From Leucoraja erinacea (Eukaryota): DNA of 64,000 bases. The position numbers and the translations under genes were made by a program. The notes beneath the pieces were generated by a model. The model saw only the letters and a program-made list of their open reading frames with translations, did no database searches and had not been told where the DNA came from. The stretch covers positions 65,038,001 to 65,102,000 of the forward strand of contig NC_073381.1 in assembly GCF_028641065.1 (NCBI RefSeq), in the 5' to 3' direction. Every line of letters begins with the position of its first letter. Within the stretch, counting starts at the first letter, position 1. Below are positions 25,490-37,647 of the stretch, in pieces.

Positions 25490-26494
25490 GAGGCTGCAAG
25501 AACCCCAGCTATTTACGATATATATTAATGATTTGGACGAGGGAACTGAATGCAACATCTCCAAATTTGCAGATGACACAAAACTGGGGGGCAGTGTTAG
25601 CTGTGTGGAGGATGCTAGGAGGCTGCAAGGGGACTTGGATAGGCTGTGTGAGTGGGCAAATACATAGCAGATGCAGTATAATGTGGATAAATGTGAGGTT
25701 ATCCACTTTGGTGGGAAAAACAGGAAAGTAGACTATTATCTGAATGGTGGCCGATTAGGAAAGAGGGAGATGCAACGAGACCTGGGTGTCATGGTACACC
25801 AGTCATTAAATGTAGGCATGCAGGTGCAGCAGGCAGTGAAGAAGGCAAATGGTATGTTAGCATTCATAGCAAAAGGATTTGAGTATAGGAACAGGGAGGT
25901 TCTACTGCAGTTGTACAGGGTCTTGGTGAGACCACACCTGGAGTATTGCATACAGTTTTGGTCTCCTAATCCGAGGAAGGACATTATTGCCATACAGGGA
26001 GTGCAGAGAATGTTCACCAGACTGATTCCTGGGATGTCAGGACTTTCATATGAAGAAAGACTGGATAGACTCGGTTTGTACTCGCTAGAATTTAGAAGAT
26101 TGAGGGGGGATCTTATAGAAACTTACAAAATTCTTAAGGGGTTGGACTGGCTAGATGCAGGAAGATTGTTCCCGATGTTGGGGAAGTCCAGAACAAGGGG
26201 TCACAGTTTAAGGATAAGGGGGAAATCTTTTAGGACCGAGATGAGGAAAACATTTTTCACACAGAGAGTGGTGAATCTCTGGAATTCTCTGCCACAGAGG
26301 GTAGTTGTGGCCAGTTCATTGGCTATATTTAAGAGGGAGTTAGATGTGGCCCTTGTGGCTAAAGTGATCAGGGGGTATGGAGAGAAGGCAGATACAGGAT
26401 ACCGAGTTGGATGATCAGCCATGATCATATTGAATGGCGGTGCAGGCTCGAAGGGCCGAATGGCCTACTCCTGCACCTATTTTCTATGTTTCTA
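25490..26494 (+). mobile_element. CR1 LINE 3' fragment (young; same subfamily as 13542-14342)
   Basis: [11 protein letters not shown] motif; ORF 25671-26414; TTTCTATG tail. Confidence 0.93.
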
Positions 26495-28919
26495 TTAACA
26501 TAACATCAACCTCCAGTAGTGTGAATGATTCCAAGATGAAATGTATTATTTATGTGGGCTTAAACCCAGCAACGGTTTGTCAAGGACAAGGTAAAGGCCA
26601 TTGAAAAGGCTACAAAACCCAAGGATGTCAAAAAGTTCTCCATGTTGCTAGAAATCCACAAGGCCAAATGTGTTATATTCCAGAAATTCATTTGTTGAAC
26701 CTTTTGTGCTTGCAAGGAAAAGTCTGGGAACAGTAGACCAGTGAGCCCATCAACAGTGGTAGGCAGGTTACTGGAAAGTATTCTGAAGGATATATACATT
26801 TTTATAGACAGGAGCTGATTAGGCATAATCAGCATGGTGTTGTATATGGGAGATCGTGACTTCCAAATCTGAATGAGTTTCTTGAAGACATAACCAAAAA
26901 GGTTACTGGTATTCATTGGAAGTGAGTGAACCAATATCAACATCCTCTCCCAGGCCTTCTCTAAACAAAAGGAACACACCATTTTACAAATTACTCCATC
27001 GAATGCACCCTACCCCATTGTGGGAAAGTCTAAGGTTTGCAATTCAGCTTCATCGGGTCTCTCAAAATTGGAATGCAAGATTTCATCCTTGATTCTGAGA
27101 AACTGTCCAAGAGGAAATACGAACTGGATTCCAGTATAAATGTATAACAAAATGTACTCTAGATAATATTTTCCACTTAGGCAGTACTATTAAATGCAAA
27201 ATACTGAGAACAGTCAGATGTACAATCATAAAGTGCACTGGTTATTTTACTCAGTGCTCTTCTTCTCAATTTAAAAATGATCAAGTAAATGGAGATGTTT
27301 AAGAAAGAACTGCAGATGCTGGAAAAGTCAAAGGTAGACAAAAATGCTGGAGAAACTGCTGCCTCACCCGCTGAGTTTCTCAAGCATTTTTGTCTACCAA
27401 GTAAATGGAGATAATCATCTCAACATAAGATTTCATCCATTCTTGGTACGGTAAATGATTCACGAGTTTTGCTTTCATGCCATAATTTGGGGAAGGTTTG
27501 GGGAAACAAAAAAATCATATTGAGATGCCCTGACAGTTGCTGTCATGATTATTTCCACATGATGATAGTTGAGACGAAAGTTTACTCAGTTGAAGTACAC
27601 CCTTCAAGTTGGCCGCAGATGGTGAATGAGGGGCAGGATGGAAATTGGAGGTGAAAGGTAAAAGGTCACTTATGGGTGATGTGTCAACCTGATGTGTTGC
27701 AACTGGGTCACTGCCACCTTGGATCGTATCTCCTTGGATTGAGGGGAACAGGCCGTGATCTGAGATCTATCAAAAGGCAGTGCATGGATATCAAAATGGT
27801 GGGGACGGTGAACATAAAAATCCATGGTCCAATTGCCCCCCCCCCCCCCCCTTCCCCCCCTCAAATTACATAGGTTCCTAATTTGCTGCAATATTTGATC
27901 CTGGTTTGTTGGGCGGGCGAACAAAGGGTACATTTTGTCCCATTTTATATTAACAAGTCAGAAATGCATCCGATGCAGGATATGTGAAGGGAAAATGATA
28001 TTTGAGTTGGGGTGCTTCATGATGGATAATGCTGTCTAAATATTTCATGGATGTTCCCCAATTTGAAAGAAGCATAAATGTTTTAAGCAGGTGCAATCAT
28101 TTTTCTTTTTGCCTGTGATTTATGGGGGAAAAAAAAAAGCTGGAAAGGTGTCCAATTTCCACTATTACACAAAATTAATAAATAATTGTCACCAATTCTA
28201 AAATCCAGCTTTTAAAATGGCTCCAGATTATTTAGATGACTGTCAGTTGTTTTACAGAACCTGCAAAAAATAAGGTTTGAGAATAGCTGAGCTAGTGTTA
28301 ATGGGCATGCTCCACTACACTAATCTCTCCTAATTTGGCTCTAGAATTCCCTGCTTTTACTGATTAATCAAAATGGTCAGACAGAATTATAATGTTCTAT
28401 TATGTCAAGCCAAAATACAAAGGAAACATTCATTTGAGTTCAAAGCTGCCAGAATATTTTCTCCCACGTAAAACAAGTTTAGAAAGGCCACTGGGAAGTG
28501 AAATTAATGAACTCACAGAAGGTGCTGCAGCAGCTGAATTGACATTATATTTTCAGCATGACCTTTATCCTGGTATACCAGGCATTTCAAAGGAGTGAGA
28601 GTTGATTAGTCATAATTTCCAAAAACTGAGTTCTATCCCTCCATAAATACCTCTACTTCAGTTTTCATTTAATCTGAAACATCTCGGCATGCAGCGGGAT
28701 GCTTTGGTTCAGTGGGATGCTTTTTCCAATTGTTATTTTTTTCAGATAAGCTAGCATTTCTCCCCTTTTCTTGGTTGGCAAGTTGCCTGGGAAACAAAGC
28801 AACATTTTAGTTGACAGATGATAGTTCTAAAGATGCTGCTAATGCACAATTAACATCCAAATGATACATCAACATAATTGTTTCATCTAATGTCAGATGA
28901 ATAAAAAAGGAACATTGGT

Positions 28920-29200
28920 AGAGTCATAGTCTTACAGCATGGAATCAGGCCTTTCGGCCCAATTTACCCACATCGCACAACATGTTCTATTTACACTAGT
29001 CCCACCTGCTTGTGTTTGGCCCATATCCCTCTTAACCCGTTCTATCCATGTACCTGTCCAAATGTCTAAGACATTGCAATAGTCCCAGCCTCAACCACCT
29101 CCTTTGGCAACTCGTTCCATACACCCACCACCCTGTGTGTGAAAAATTTACCCCTCGAGTTCCTATTAAATCGTTTCCCCCCTCACCTTACACCTATGTC
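28920..29200 (-). mobile_element. Older CR1 3' remnant
   Basis: Similar to 14525-14910. Confidence 0.6.
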
Positions 29201-29994
29201 CGATAGTAGAAGGAATATTGTTTAAGAACATGGTTCTTTGGAAAGCAAGTCTGGTTGGTCTGTTGAATCAGAGAGACTTTATTGCTGACTCTTCCAGCAG
29301 TTTATAGTTGCTTTTGTTTCTGGCATTAAGCAACAGGAGACACATTGACTTTAACCAGTAAAGAACATGTCTCTCAGCGAGGATGTTTTGAAGGATGAGT
29401 AGAGGACAAACACAGCTTCAGCTAAAAGCTCCGCTGCAGAGCTCAGGTATCATTATCGATTGAGGCAATTCTGGGACAGAAATCAAAGCATAACCAAGAG
29501 GAGAGCACAGCCCAATGTCAAAATTCCAAAGATTTCATTCTTAACTAACGTCTTTTTTAAAAAAATAATTTCCCTTGTTACTAAAGGTTAAAGATTATTT
29601 GTTGTTCTCATCAGGTTAGGTCAAGTAACTAAAGTAACTATGCTGCTATTTTAATTCAATTACAATTAATGGAAGTTTCACTCAAAGCTCTTCATAATGA
29701 ACTTGGCAAATTCTATCCCCTCACCCTACTAATTAATGACATTGTCTGCAGGAGTGTCAACACAATTTTTGCAGCCTACGAGATGGGCCCTATGCTCAAC
29801 ATCAACAATATCCTCTATCAACTTATCCTCACTGCACAGCACACCCCTCTGACAATGAAGATCATAATGAAACCTTGAAAAATGTGAAGCAAGTCCCACA
29901 TTACCGGAGCCATGTCTCAGCAAAGGCAAACTTAGCTAAGTAATGGAGGAGAAGAATATTTGAAGTTTAAGACCATACACCAAGCATAAATGTA

Positions 29995-30275
29995 GTTCAG
30001 TTTATTGTCATGTGGTATGGTACTGTGAAAACTTTTGTTGCATACCAACCAGTTAGCGGAAGGACTATACATGATTACAATCGAGTCATCTACTGTGCAC
30101 TGATACATGATAAAAGGAATAACATTTAATGCAAGATGAAGTCCAGTAAAGTCCAATTAAAGATAATCCGAGGGTCTCCAGTGAGATAGATGGTAGCTGA
30201 GGACTGCTCTCTGGTAGTTGATAGGATAGTTCAGTTGCCTGATAAAAGCTGGGAAGAAACTGTCCCTGAATCTGA
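29995..30275 (-). mobile_element. Rex/Babar-like 3' UTR remnant
   Basis: TTTATTGTCA tail signature and GAAGAAACTGTCCCTGAATCTG (antisense of the RLxxSFFP-type motif). Confidence 0.55.
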
Positions 30276-30358
30276 ATTCATGGTCTATTGGGTAACAGTC
30301 ATTCATAACTTATCATATGATTTTGAGTCTTGGACAACATATAGAAACATAGAAATCA

Positions 30359-30693
30359 TGAGAGACCTCTTCCACCCCTGCAACGGACTGTTCCAGCCGC
30401 TACGGTCAGGTAAACGCCTCCGTTGCCATGCAGTGAGAACGGAGAGGTTGAGAAGGAGTTTCTTCCCAGAGGCAATTCGGACTGTAAACGCCTATCTCAC
30501 CAGGGACTAACTCTACTGACCGTTTTTCCTTCCATTATTTATTATGTAAAATAATATGTGTGTTATGATTGTGTTTATAATTTGTTTGGTTGTTCTGTTG
30601 TTTGTCTTTTGCACAAAAGTCCGCGAGCATTGCCACTTTCATTTCACTGCACATCTCGTATGTGTATGTGACAAATAAACTTGACTTGACTTG
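30359..30693 (+). mobile_element. Short Rex/Babar-type 3' fragment with (TTGAC)n tail
   Basis: HPCNGLFQPLRSGKRLR…RLRRSFFPEAIR. Confidence 0.85.
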
Positions 30694-30696
30694 AAT

Positions 30697-31548
30697 AGAT
30701 ACAGGAATAGGCCATTCAACCCTTCGAGCCAGCACCGCCATTCAATATGATCATGGCTGATCATCCAAAATCAGTACCCCGTTCCGGCTTTTTATCCATA
30801 TCCCTTGGTTCCCTTAACCCCAAGAGCTAAATCTAACTCAGTCTTGAAAACATCCAGTGAATTGGCCTCCACAGATTCACAACTCTCTGGGTGAAAATGT
30901 TTTTCTCATCTCAGTCCTAAATGGCCTACCCCTTATTCTTAAATTGTGACCCTTGGTTCTGGAGTCCCCCAACATCGGGAACATTCCTTCTACCCTGTCC
31001 TATCCTCTAATAATTTTATATGTTTCTATAAAATATCCTGTCATCCTTCTAAATTCCAACGAATACAAGCCCAGTCGACCCATTCTTTCATCATACATCA
31101 GTCCCGCCATTCCAGGAATTAACCTGATGAACCTATGCTGCACTCCCTGAATAGCAACAATGTCCTTCCCCAAAGTAGGAGACCAAAATTCCACACAATA
31201 CTCCAGATGCACTCACCAGGGCCCTGTACTACTGTAGTAGGATCTCCTTGCTCCTAAACTCAAATTCTCTCGCAATGAAGGCCATTGGCTTTGTTCACTG
31301 CTTGCTGTACCTGCATGCTTACTTTCAGTGACTGATGTACAAGCACATCTTGGTATCGTTGCACTTCCCCTTCTCTTAATTTGACACCATTCAGATAATA
31401 ATCTGCCTTCCTGTTCTTGCCACCAAAGTGGATAACATCACATTTATCCACATTATACTGCATCTGCCATGCTTCTGCCCACTCACCCAATCTATCCAAG
31501 TCACCCTGCAGCCTCATAGCATCCTCCTCGCAACTCACATTGCCACCC
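30697..31548 (-). mobile_element. CR1 LINE 3' fragment
   Basis: ORFs 31260-31550 and 31000-31212 with LQGDLDRL and HLEYCVEFWSP. Confidence 0.88.
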
Positions 31549-31739
31549 ATATAGTAGGCTGGAAAATGTAATCAACATTGCCTTCATAGTCATTCAAAGG
31601 ATAAGCAAACCAACATTGTTTTCTTTTGTGGTTTTATCCCCGGTATGAAGGCCATAGTTACTCTCAGTTGGTTATATTGGTTGAGCAATGTTATTTGCTT
31701 GTCTGAATCCAGACTCCAAAAACATGCACTCCATTCCAA

Positions 31740-32960
31740 ACTCTGTCATGGGAGGGAGATTTTCAGACACAGAGTTAACAATCCAAGTATGTACTCAATA
31801 TTTCCGTGAACAAATGCAACATTGCCTTTGCTTACTGGGAGCCTCTGGCTCACGATCACTCAAAGTGGAGAAAGAGTATTCAGGATGGTATCAACAACCT
31901 AAAAGCCATGCACCAGGAGACACAGAGGCCTCGCGTAAACAGCAGATGGAGCTGGTGACCTTAAGGCGGCGGCGCAACTCTCGTCAGCAGCGGCCTCTGC
32001 AGCCCGTCTGCGTTTTTATTATTTTTTGTCTATGTTTCTATGTAGTTTTTGTTATTTTTTGTTGGGGTGTGTGTGTGTGGGGGTGGGGTGGGAGGGAGGG
32101 GGTAACTTTTAAATCTCTCCCTGCACGGGAGACCCGACCTTTTCTTTGTCGGGTCTCCGTTGTCGTTGGGGCTGCAACGAGGAGCGGCCTCCAACAGGAG
32201 AAGACTGGGGGCTCTGGTGCCGGTGACTCACCTCACCGTCGCGGAGCTGGCCGAGTCCAGAGCGGGTGGAGCGGTGGTGGAGTGCTGCTGCGGCCCGACC
32301 TCCGGAGATTCGGAGGCTGCAACTGCGGGTCTGGCGGACGGAGGCATCGGGAGCCCGTGGGTCCCTGGAGGGAGACCGCTTTTCAGGGCTCCAGCAACGG
32401 CGACTTCTCCCGCCCTAGTTGCGGGGTCGAAGAGCTCCTGGAGCGGGGCCTGACATCACCGCCCCGCGTGGCTTGGAATGGCCGTGGGACTCTGCGAGCG
32501 CACGCCGGGGGCTCTAACATCAAGAACCCGGTGTGCGACCTTGCATCACCCGGCGTGGCTTTAATGGCCGCGGGACAATCGCCATCGCCAGCCGGGGGCT
32601 TTGACTTTGACATCAGGGGGGGGGGGGGGGGGGGGGGGGGAGTGCAGTGGAGAGATAGGTTTTTTGGCCTTCCATCACAGCAATGTGATGGATGTTTATG
32701 TAAACTATGTTGCGTCTTGGGTCTATTTGTTTGTAATGTATTCCTGCAGAAGCATCATTTCGTTTGGACCTCAAGGGGTCCAAATGACAAATAAATTGAA
32801 TCTAATCGAATCTAAACCTCAAACTACCCACATAGCCTCTGCCACTTCCTGCCCCATTTGTGGAATAGTTTGCAGCTCACACACTGCCTAATTAGCCACC
32901 TCAGAAACCCAGTAGAGGGATGGAAGAAAATCATCTTAATCTCATGGGATGGCCCTTGCC
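31740..32960 (+). mobile_element. RTE-type LINE 3' remnant split by the GC-rich insertion at 31953-32813
   Basis: KCNIAFAYWEPLAHDHSKWRKSIQDG before the insert; CPICGIVCSSH…LISHLR zinc-finger remnant after it. Confidence 0.65.
31953..32813 (+). mobile_element. GC-rich non-coding retroposon, copy A
   Basis: Shares 5' and 3' modules with 42490-43246, 48691-49180 and 59148-60085. LINE-like tail AATGACAAATAAA(TTGAATC). Confidence 0.65.
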
Positions 32961-33475
32961 GAAAGTGGTGCGGGGATGAAGACATTCCATCTTCATGTTG
33001 TTACCCAAGTATTTTTTGTGACTGCAACACATTGCAAAATGTTGGACATCCATTATAAGTCAGCATGAATCCAGACAGAGGTGCATTAAAGTACAGTTAA
33101 TGTAATTGCCCAACTACATTTATATATTTCCAACCATATCATTACATCCTGCTTAAGCCTTGATGTGTGCATCTGAAGGGTTAAAACTTGATGGTAGCTT
33201 TTAACTTGGACTCAGCAAAACCAAGAACCACACATTGAGTAATATTTCTCAAATGGAAAACACACTGAGTCACAGGCAGCTGCAAAAACAAGCTTGTAAA
33301 AACTGCTTATGGATCGAAGATAGAAGTGTTCACACGAGTCGTGTTATTGCAGTAAAGTGAATGTTGTAGTACAGAGCGATTCAAAACACTATTCTGCAGG
33401 TCGAGTACAAAGTGCCGAAAATGAAATATCAGTATTTGTACTGACAGAGGCCATCACACGTGTTGAAGAGCAAAT

Positions 33476-33799
33476 TTTAGTTTAGTTTAGAGATACAGCA
33501 TGGAAACAGGCCCTTCGACCGACCAAGTCTGTGCGACCAGCAATCCCCGCACATTAACACTATCCTACACTCATTAGGGACAATTTACACATACACCAAG
33601 CACCAAGCCAATTAACCTACATACTTGTACGTCTTTGGAGTGGGGAAGAAACCGGAGCACCCGGAGAAAAACCCCCACAGTCCCGGGGAGAACGTACAAA
33701 CACCGTACAGACAGCAGGCATAGTCAGGATCGAACCCGGGTCTCCGGCGCTGCAAGCGCTGTAAGGCAGCAACTCTACAGCTGCACCACCATGCCGTCC
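33476..33799 (-). mobile_element. Full-length HE1/V-SINE-like SINE with (CTAAA)n tail
   Basis: tRNA-like head, V-like core and CR1-like tail GGGCCTGTTTCCATGCTGTATCTCTAAACTAAAC. Confidence 0.85.
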
Positions 33800-35129
33800 T
33801 AAGAATTAGTTTTGATTTGGTCTGAAATTGCCCTTATTTTTACACAATTCTACCCCAGGGCCGACTTAAAAAGCTCAAAACATCCATCTGATAGGAATCG
33901 TGTTTGCAATCAGTAAGGAGACTTTAACCAAGATCATCAGAAGCATGATTTTAGGCAGCACTATTTTTTTTTATAAAAGCAAGAAAAATTCTATTTAATG
34001 TAGTTGGTTTGAAAGATTCTCAAGAGCCCACTTTTTTTTTGTTCCACTGAAGAATAAACAAAGTTATATTCCAATTCTTAAAGCTGTACAGAAAGATTGA
34101 TTTTCAGCCACGTTTTGAGGAATGATATTCTGATTTTGCTTTGATGGTGGGGAATTTCAACTGCTAATAACATCAAGGCAATTGAAGTGTTCACAGCACA
34201 TTTACAACTGTACTTTGTGCTTATTACAATATACCGTGAATATAACTGGATGGATAACACAATATGCTTTATATTTCAGATCACCCAAATAATTACGAAA
34301 AGATTTGTACATAAAAATATAAAACAAATTAATATTTTTGAAATGCAGATTGTTTTGAAATGCAGATAATTTGCATTGTTTGTAATGCTACATAAAGAAT
34401 GTTATTAAAAAGAAAAACACTTTCCACTTTGAATAAGGTCATTGAATAAAACATTTTGAATAAGACTGTTTAGTTGGCAGATGGCACAAATTAATAATTT
34501 TAAGTTTAGAGACAAAATAACAAGGCACAGTATAGTGATTGAGGCAATAATGATAAAGTAGACAAAGGCAAGGCAAGAAAGAATCTGTATTTCTATAGCA
34601 TCTTCCACAACCTAATGATTTCCCAAAGCACCCCATAATTAGTGAATTAATTGTGGTGCAATCTTTGTTGTAAATTAATGTAAAATCCCACAGAGAGAGA
34701 TTGAAAGATTGAAGGATAAATGCGAGAGGCATTACTTATTACTTGACCAGTTTCCCTCTACAGGAAGAAAAACAAAGACAATTGTTGGAAACACACAGCA
34801 GATCAGGTAGAATCTGTGGCAACAGAAACATATTCAATGTTTCAGATCCTGAATTTTCTATTGTTATTTCAGACTTCTAGCATCTGCCTTTTTTTTGGTT
34901 TTTGATGTTCCTTTCAGGAAGTGATTTAGGGGCAAGTATAAATGGCACAGACAAGAAAACTGAGCTTCTTGGAGGCAGCTTTTGCAGGGGATAAAATTGG
35001 TGCCAAAGAGAAACCAGGAATATGCAAGTGGGAAAACTCTTCAGGGATCCAGGCAGTCCATTTTGTTGTATCTTTAAGAAATGAATAAAGCTTAAAATCG
35101 TCAATGATTAATTGTATAAAACATCATCT

Positions 35130-35375
35130 TGTAGCGGCGCCTGCTGGTGCACGCAGGTATTGAACCCGGCGTTCGGAAGCCGCGGTCATGTGACTTGGGA
35201 GGGGCTGCTGTTTTCCCGCTGTTTCGCTTTCACGCCACAGTTGTGTTGCTGATTACTGATGTGGTCAGACGTGTTTGCAGACACCTGTATGCCGAGGAGG
35301 TATTGCATTAATAAATCAGTTCGGAAAACTTGGTTGTCGTCTTTGCATCCGCCAAAATCTTACCATTGATCTACA
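35130..35375 (+). mobile_element. Probable solo LTR
   Basis: TGTAG…CTACA inverted termini, internal AATAAA near 35310, CpG-rich in an AT-rich context. No clean TSD. Confidence 0.5.
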
Positions 35376-35949
35376 ATACAAGGAGACTGCAGGGTGCTAA
35401 CTGTTCAGATAATTTCTACCACAAGTGTTGGGGCCTCTATCCCTTTCATTCAAGGCATCAAAGGAATTATTTTTATTCAGTTGAACAAATTTATATCTGG
35501 AGCTGCCAGACAATGGAAAACCCTCCAAAGGTTGAGAACTAAAGTGTTCAAAATGCAGAAACAATTTGCAAACGCAATGGATCTTATAATTAACATTATC
35601 TGTAAACATCCCTTTATCATGATATTTCTTTTTGAATTTTCAAAAGATATTCTGGTTCCCTTAACAACTGGTGGAAATCTGTAGACTTGGACTAATTAAT
35701 CATATGAGCAAAGTCAGTTAGAAAGAGAAAACAAAAGAACATGCAACATTAACTCAGTTTTCTCTCTTCAAGAGAGATCAGTCAAGAATGTTTTATTGTC
35801 ATATGTACTGAAAAGGATCAATGACATTCTTTGCTAAAGCGGAGAGAGAGATAGACACATCCTATCAGAATCGGAAATTTCTCCTCATCTTCATGTTATA
35901 AGAGCAATTTCCTATCCTAACACTTTGCCTCCTGGTCCTCCTAGAGGCA

Positions 35950-36085
35950 ACATTCTGAATAAAGGTCTCGACACGAAACATCACCCATTTTTTCTCTCCA
36001 GAGATGCTACCTGTCCCGCTGAGTTACTCTGTCTTTTTGTGTCCATCTTCTGTTTAAACCAGCAGCTGCAGTTCCTTCCTACACA
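35950..36085 (+). mobile_element. Penelope-derived repeat
   Basis: CTGAATAAAGGTCTCGACACGAAACATC…GCTGAGTTACTC. Confidence 0.6.
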
Positions 36086-36220
36086 ATTCTTTCAATATCC
36101 ACCTTTCCAGCCCTTTAAAATCGTATGTTTCTATGAATCACCTCTTCTAAAAGGATAAGGCCAAACCTGTTTAGCAATTCCTCAGAAGACAATCTCTTCA
36201 CCTAAGAATCAACCTATTGA

Positions 36221-36459
36221 AGCATTTCATGTGGAGATGGGGGCTCTGCCAGAGCCCAGCCTGTGAATGCGGAGCAGAACAACAGACAGCCAACCATGTT
36301 AACTCTGGGTGCCTGCACTACCACCCACCAAATGGAGCTCAGGGCCTGGCCGACATTGACACAGAGACAGCAACCTGGCTGCTCAACACTTGGCTTGAGA
36401 TCTGACTATTCCTTTGGTTTATTTATGTTTCATTCACAAGAAGAAGAAAAAGAAGAAGC
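36221..36459 (+). mobile_element. Vingi/Ingi-like (I-group) LINE 3' end with CCHC finger and (GAA)n tail
   Basis: MWRWGLCQSPACECGAEQQTANHVNSGC…TATWL, stop, short UTR, then GAAGAAGAAAAAGAAGAAG. Confidence 0.65.
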
Positions 36460-37647
36460 ATTTCTCAGCTGACTCTAATGCTGGAATATGTCTCCTTAAA
36501 TATCTGCTTTTCTCTCCCCCCCATAGCAGTCCCCTCATGCTGGGTCCTCCACTGCTATTCATCTTATTCTTCCATTACAGTTTTTCAAAAAAAAGGGCAA
36601 CTCATTTATGAATGGAAAACAGCTAATTTTTTTTGGCGTGACAGCTTTATGCAATTTGCTTCAATTTGGATTTATTCTTGTAGAAGCTGTGACTTCTACC
36701 GGCCACTAGAGGTCCACCTATTTCTTAATGCACTGTACTTGCCTGCAGCACAAATAAATGACATCAATGAGAAAAGATTAATTCGAACAAATTTAACAAT
36801 AAGGCCGAAGATAATTCACAAGTGGAATTAAAACAGTCAGCAGATTTTTGAATGAAAAATCAACAAACTACAAATGCTGAAAATATGAAAAGCATTATTT
36901 TTTTAAGATTGTGTTTCTAAACTGGTTTTAGCGTCTCCAAGCTTAATCCACTTCCTCCCATTTGATACAGCTGTTATTATTTCCTGTGGTGCTGTAAGTT
37001 TCCCAAGGTTGGCAATGAGTTCTCACAGAAACAGACAGAGTGGTTTTAACTGCAGCTTTGACATTCAGCTTTATGGTGAAATCCATCTGACAAACTCTGG
37101 GCTGAGCTGAATAGCATTGACCAAAGACCGTGGAATCGATAAACAAATCTCACTAAGAATAAATATTGAGCTTCAAAACTGTTCTCCGCAATGACTCCAA
37201 GAAAGTTATTCCCGGCAAGAATTAGTTACTCAGTAAACTTTGCAGAAAATGAGAAGATTAGTGCTAATTTTATTACTCTGCGTTTTAAGAGTTATACAGC
37301 ATAGAAACTGGCCCCTCAGCACACCGCATCTAATCTAACCATGATACTAATTTATACCAATCCCAATGGCCTGCATTAGTTTCCACATCCTTCTATGACT
37401 TGCACTATCAAATACTTGTCCAGATGCCTTTTAAATATTGTTGCTGCCTCCATCACCTTCTCTGACAGAACATTCTAAATACCAACTATTCTGTGTTAAT
37501 AGTTTACCCTTCAGATCCCCTTTAAACCTCCTTCCTCTCAGTTAATCCTTACACTCTACTTTTAGATACCATATAACCATATAACCATTACAGCACGGAA
37601 ACAGGCCATCTCGGCCCTACTAGTCCGTGCCGAACACTTTTTTTCCC

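Noticed and set aside
31688-32794. Longest ORF in the window (368 aa)
   Set aside because: Spans an RTE remnant (out of frame) and a GC-rich, stop-poor retroposon with poly-G runs. No protein features.
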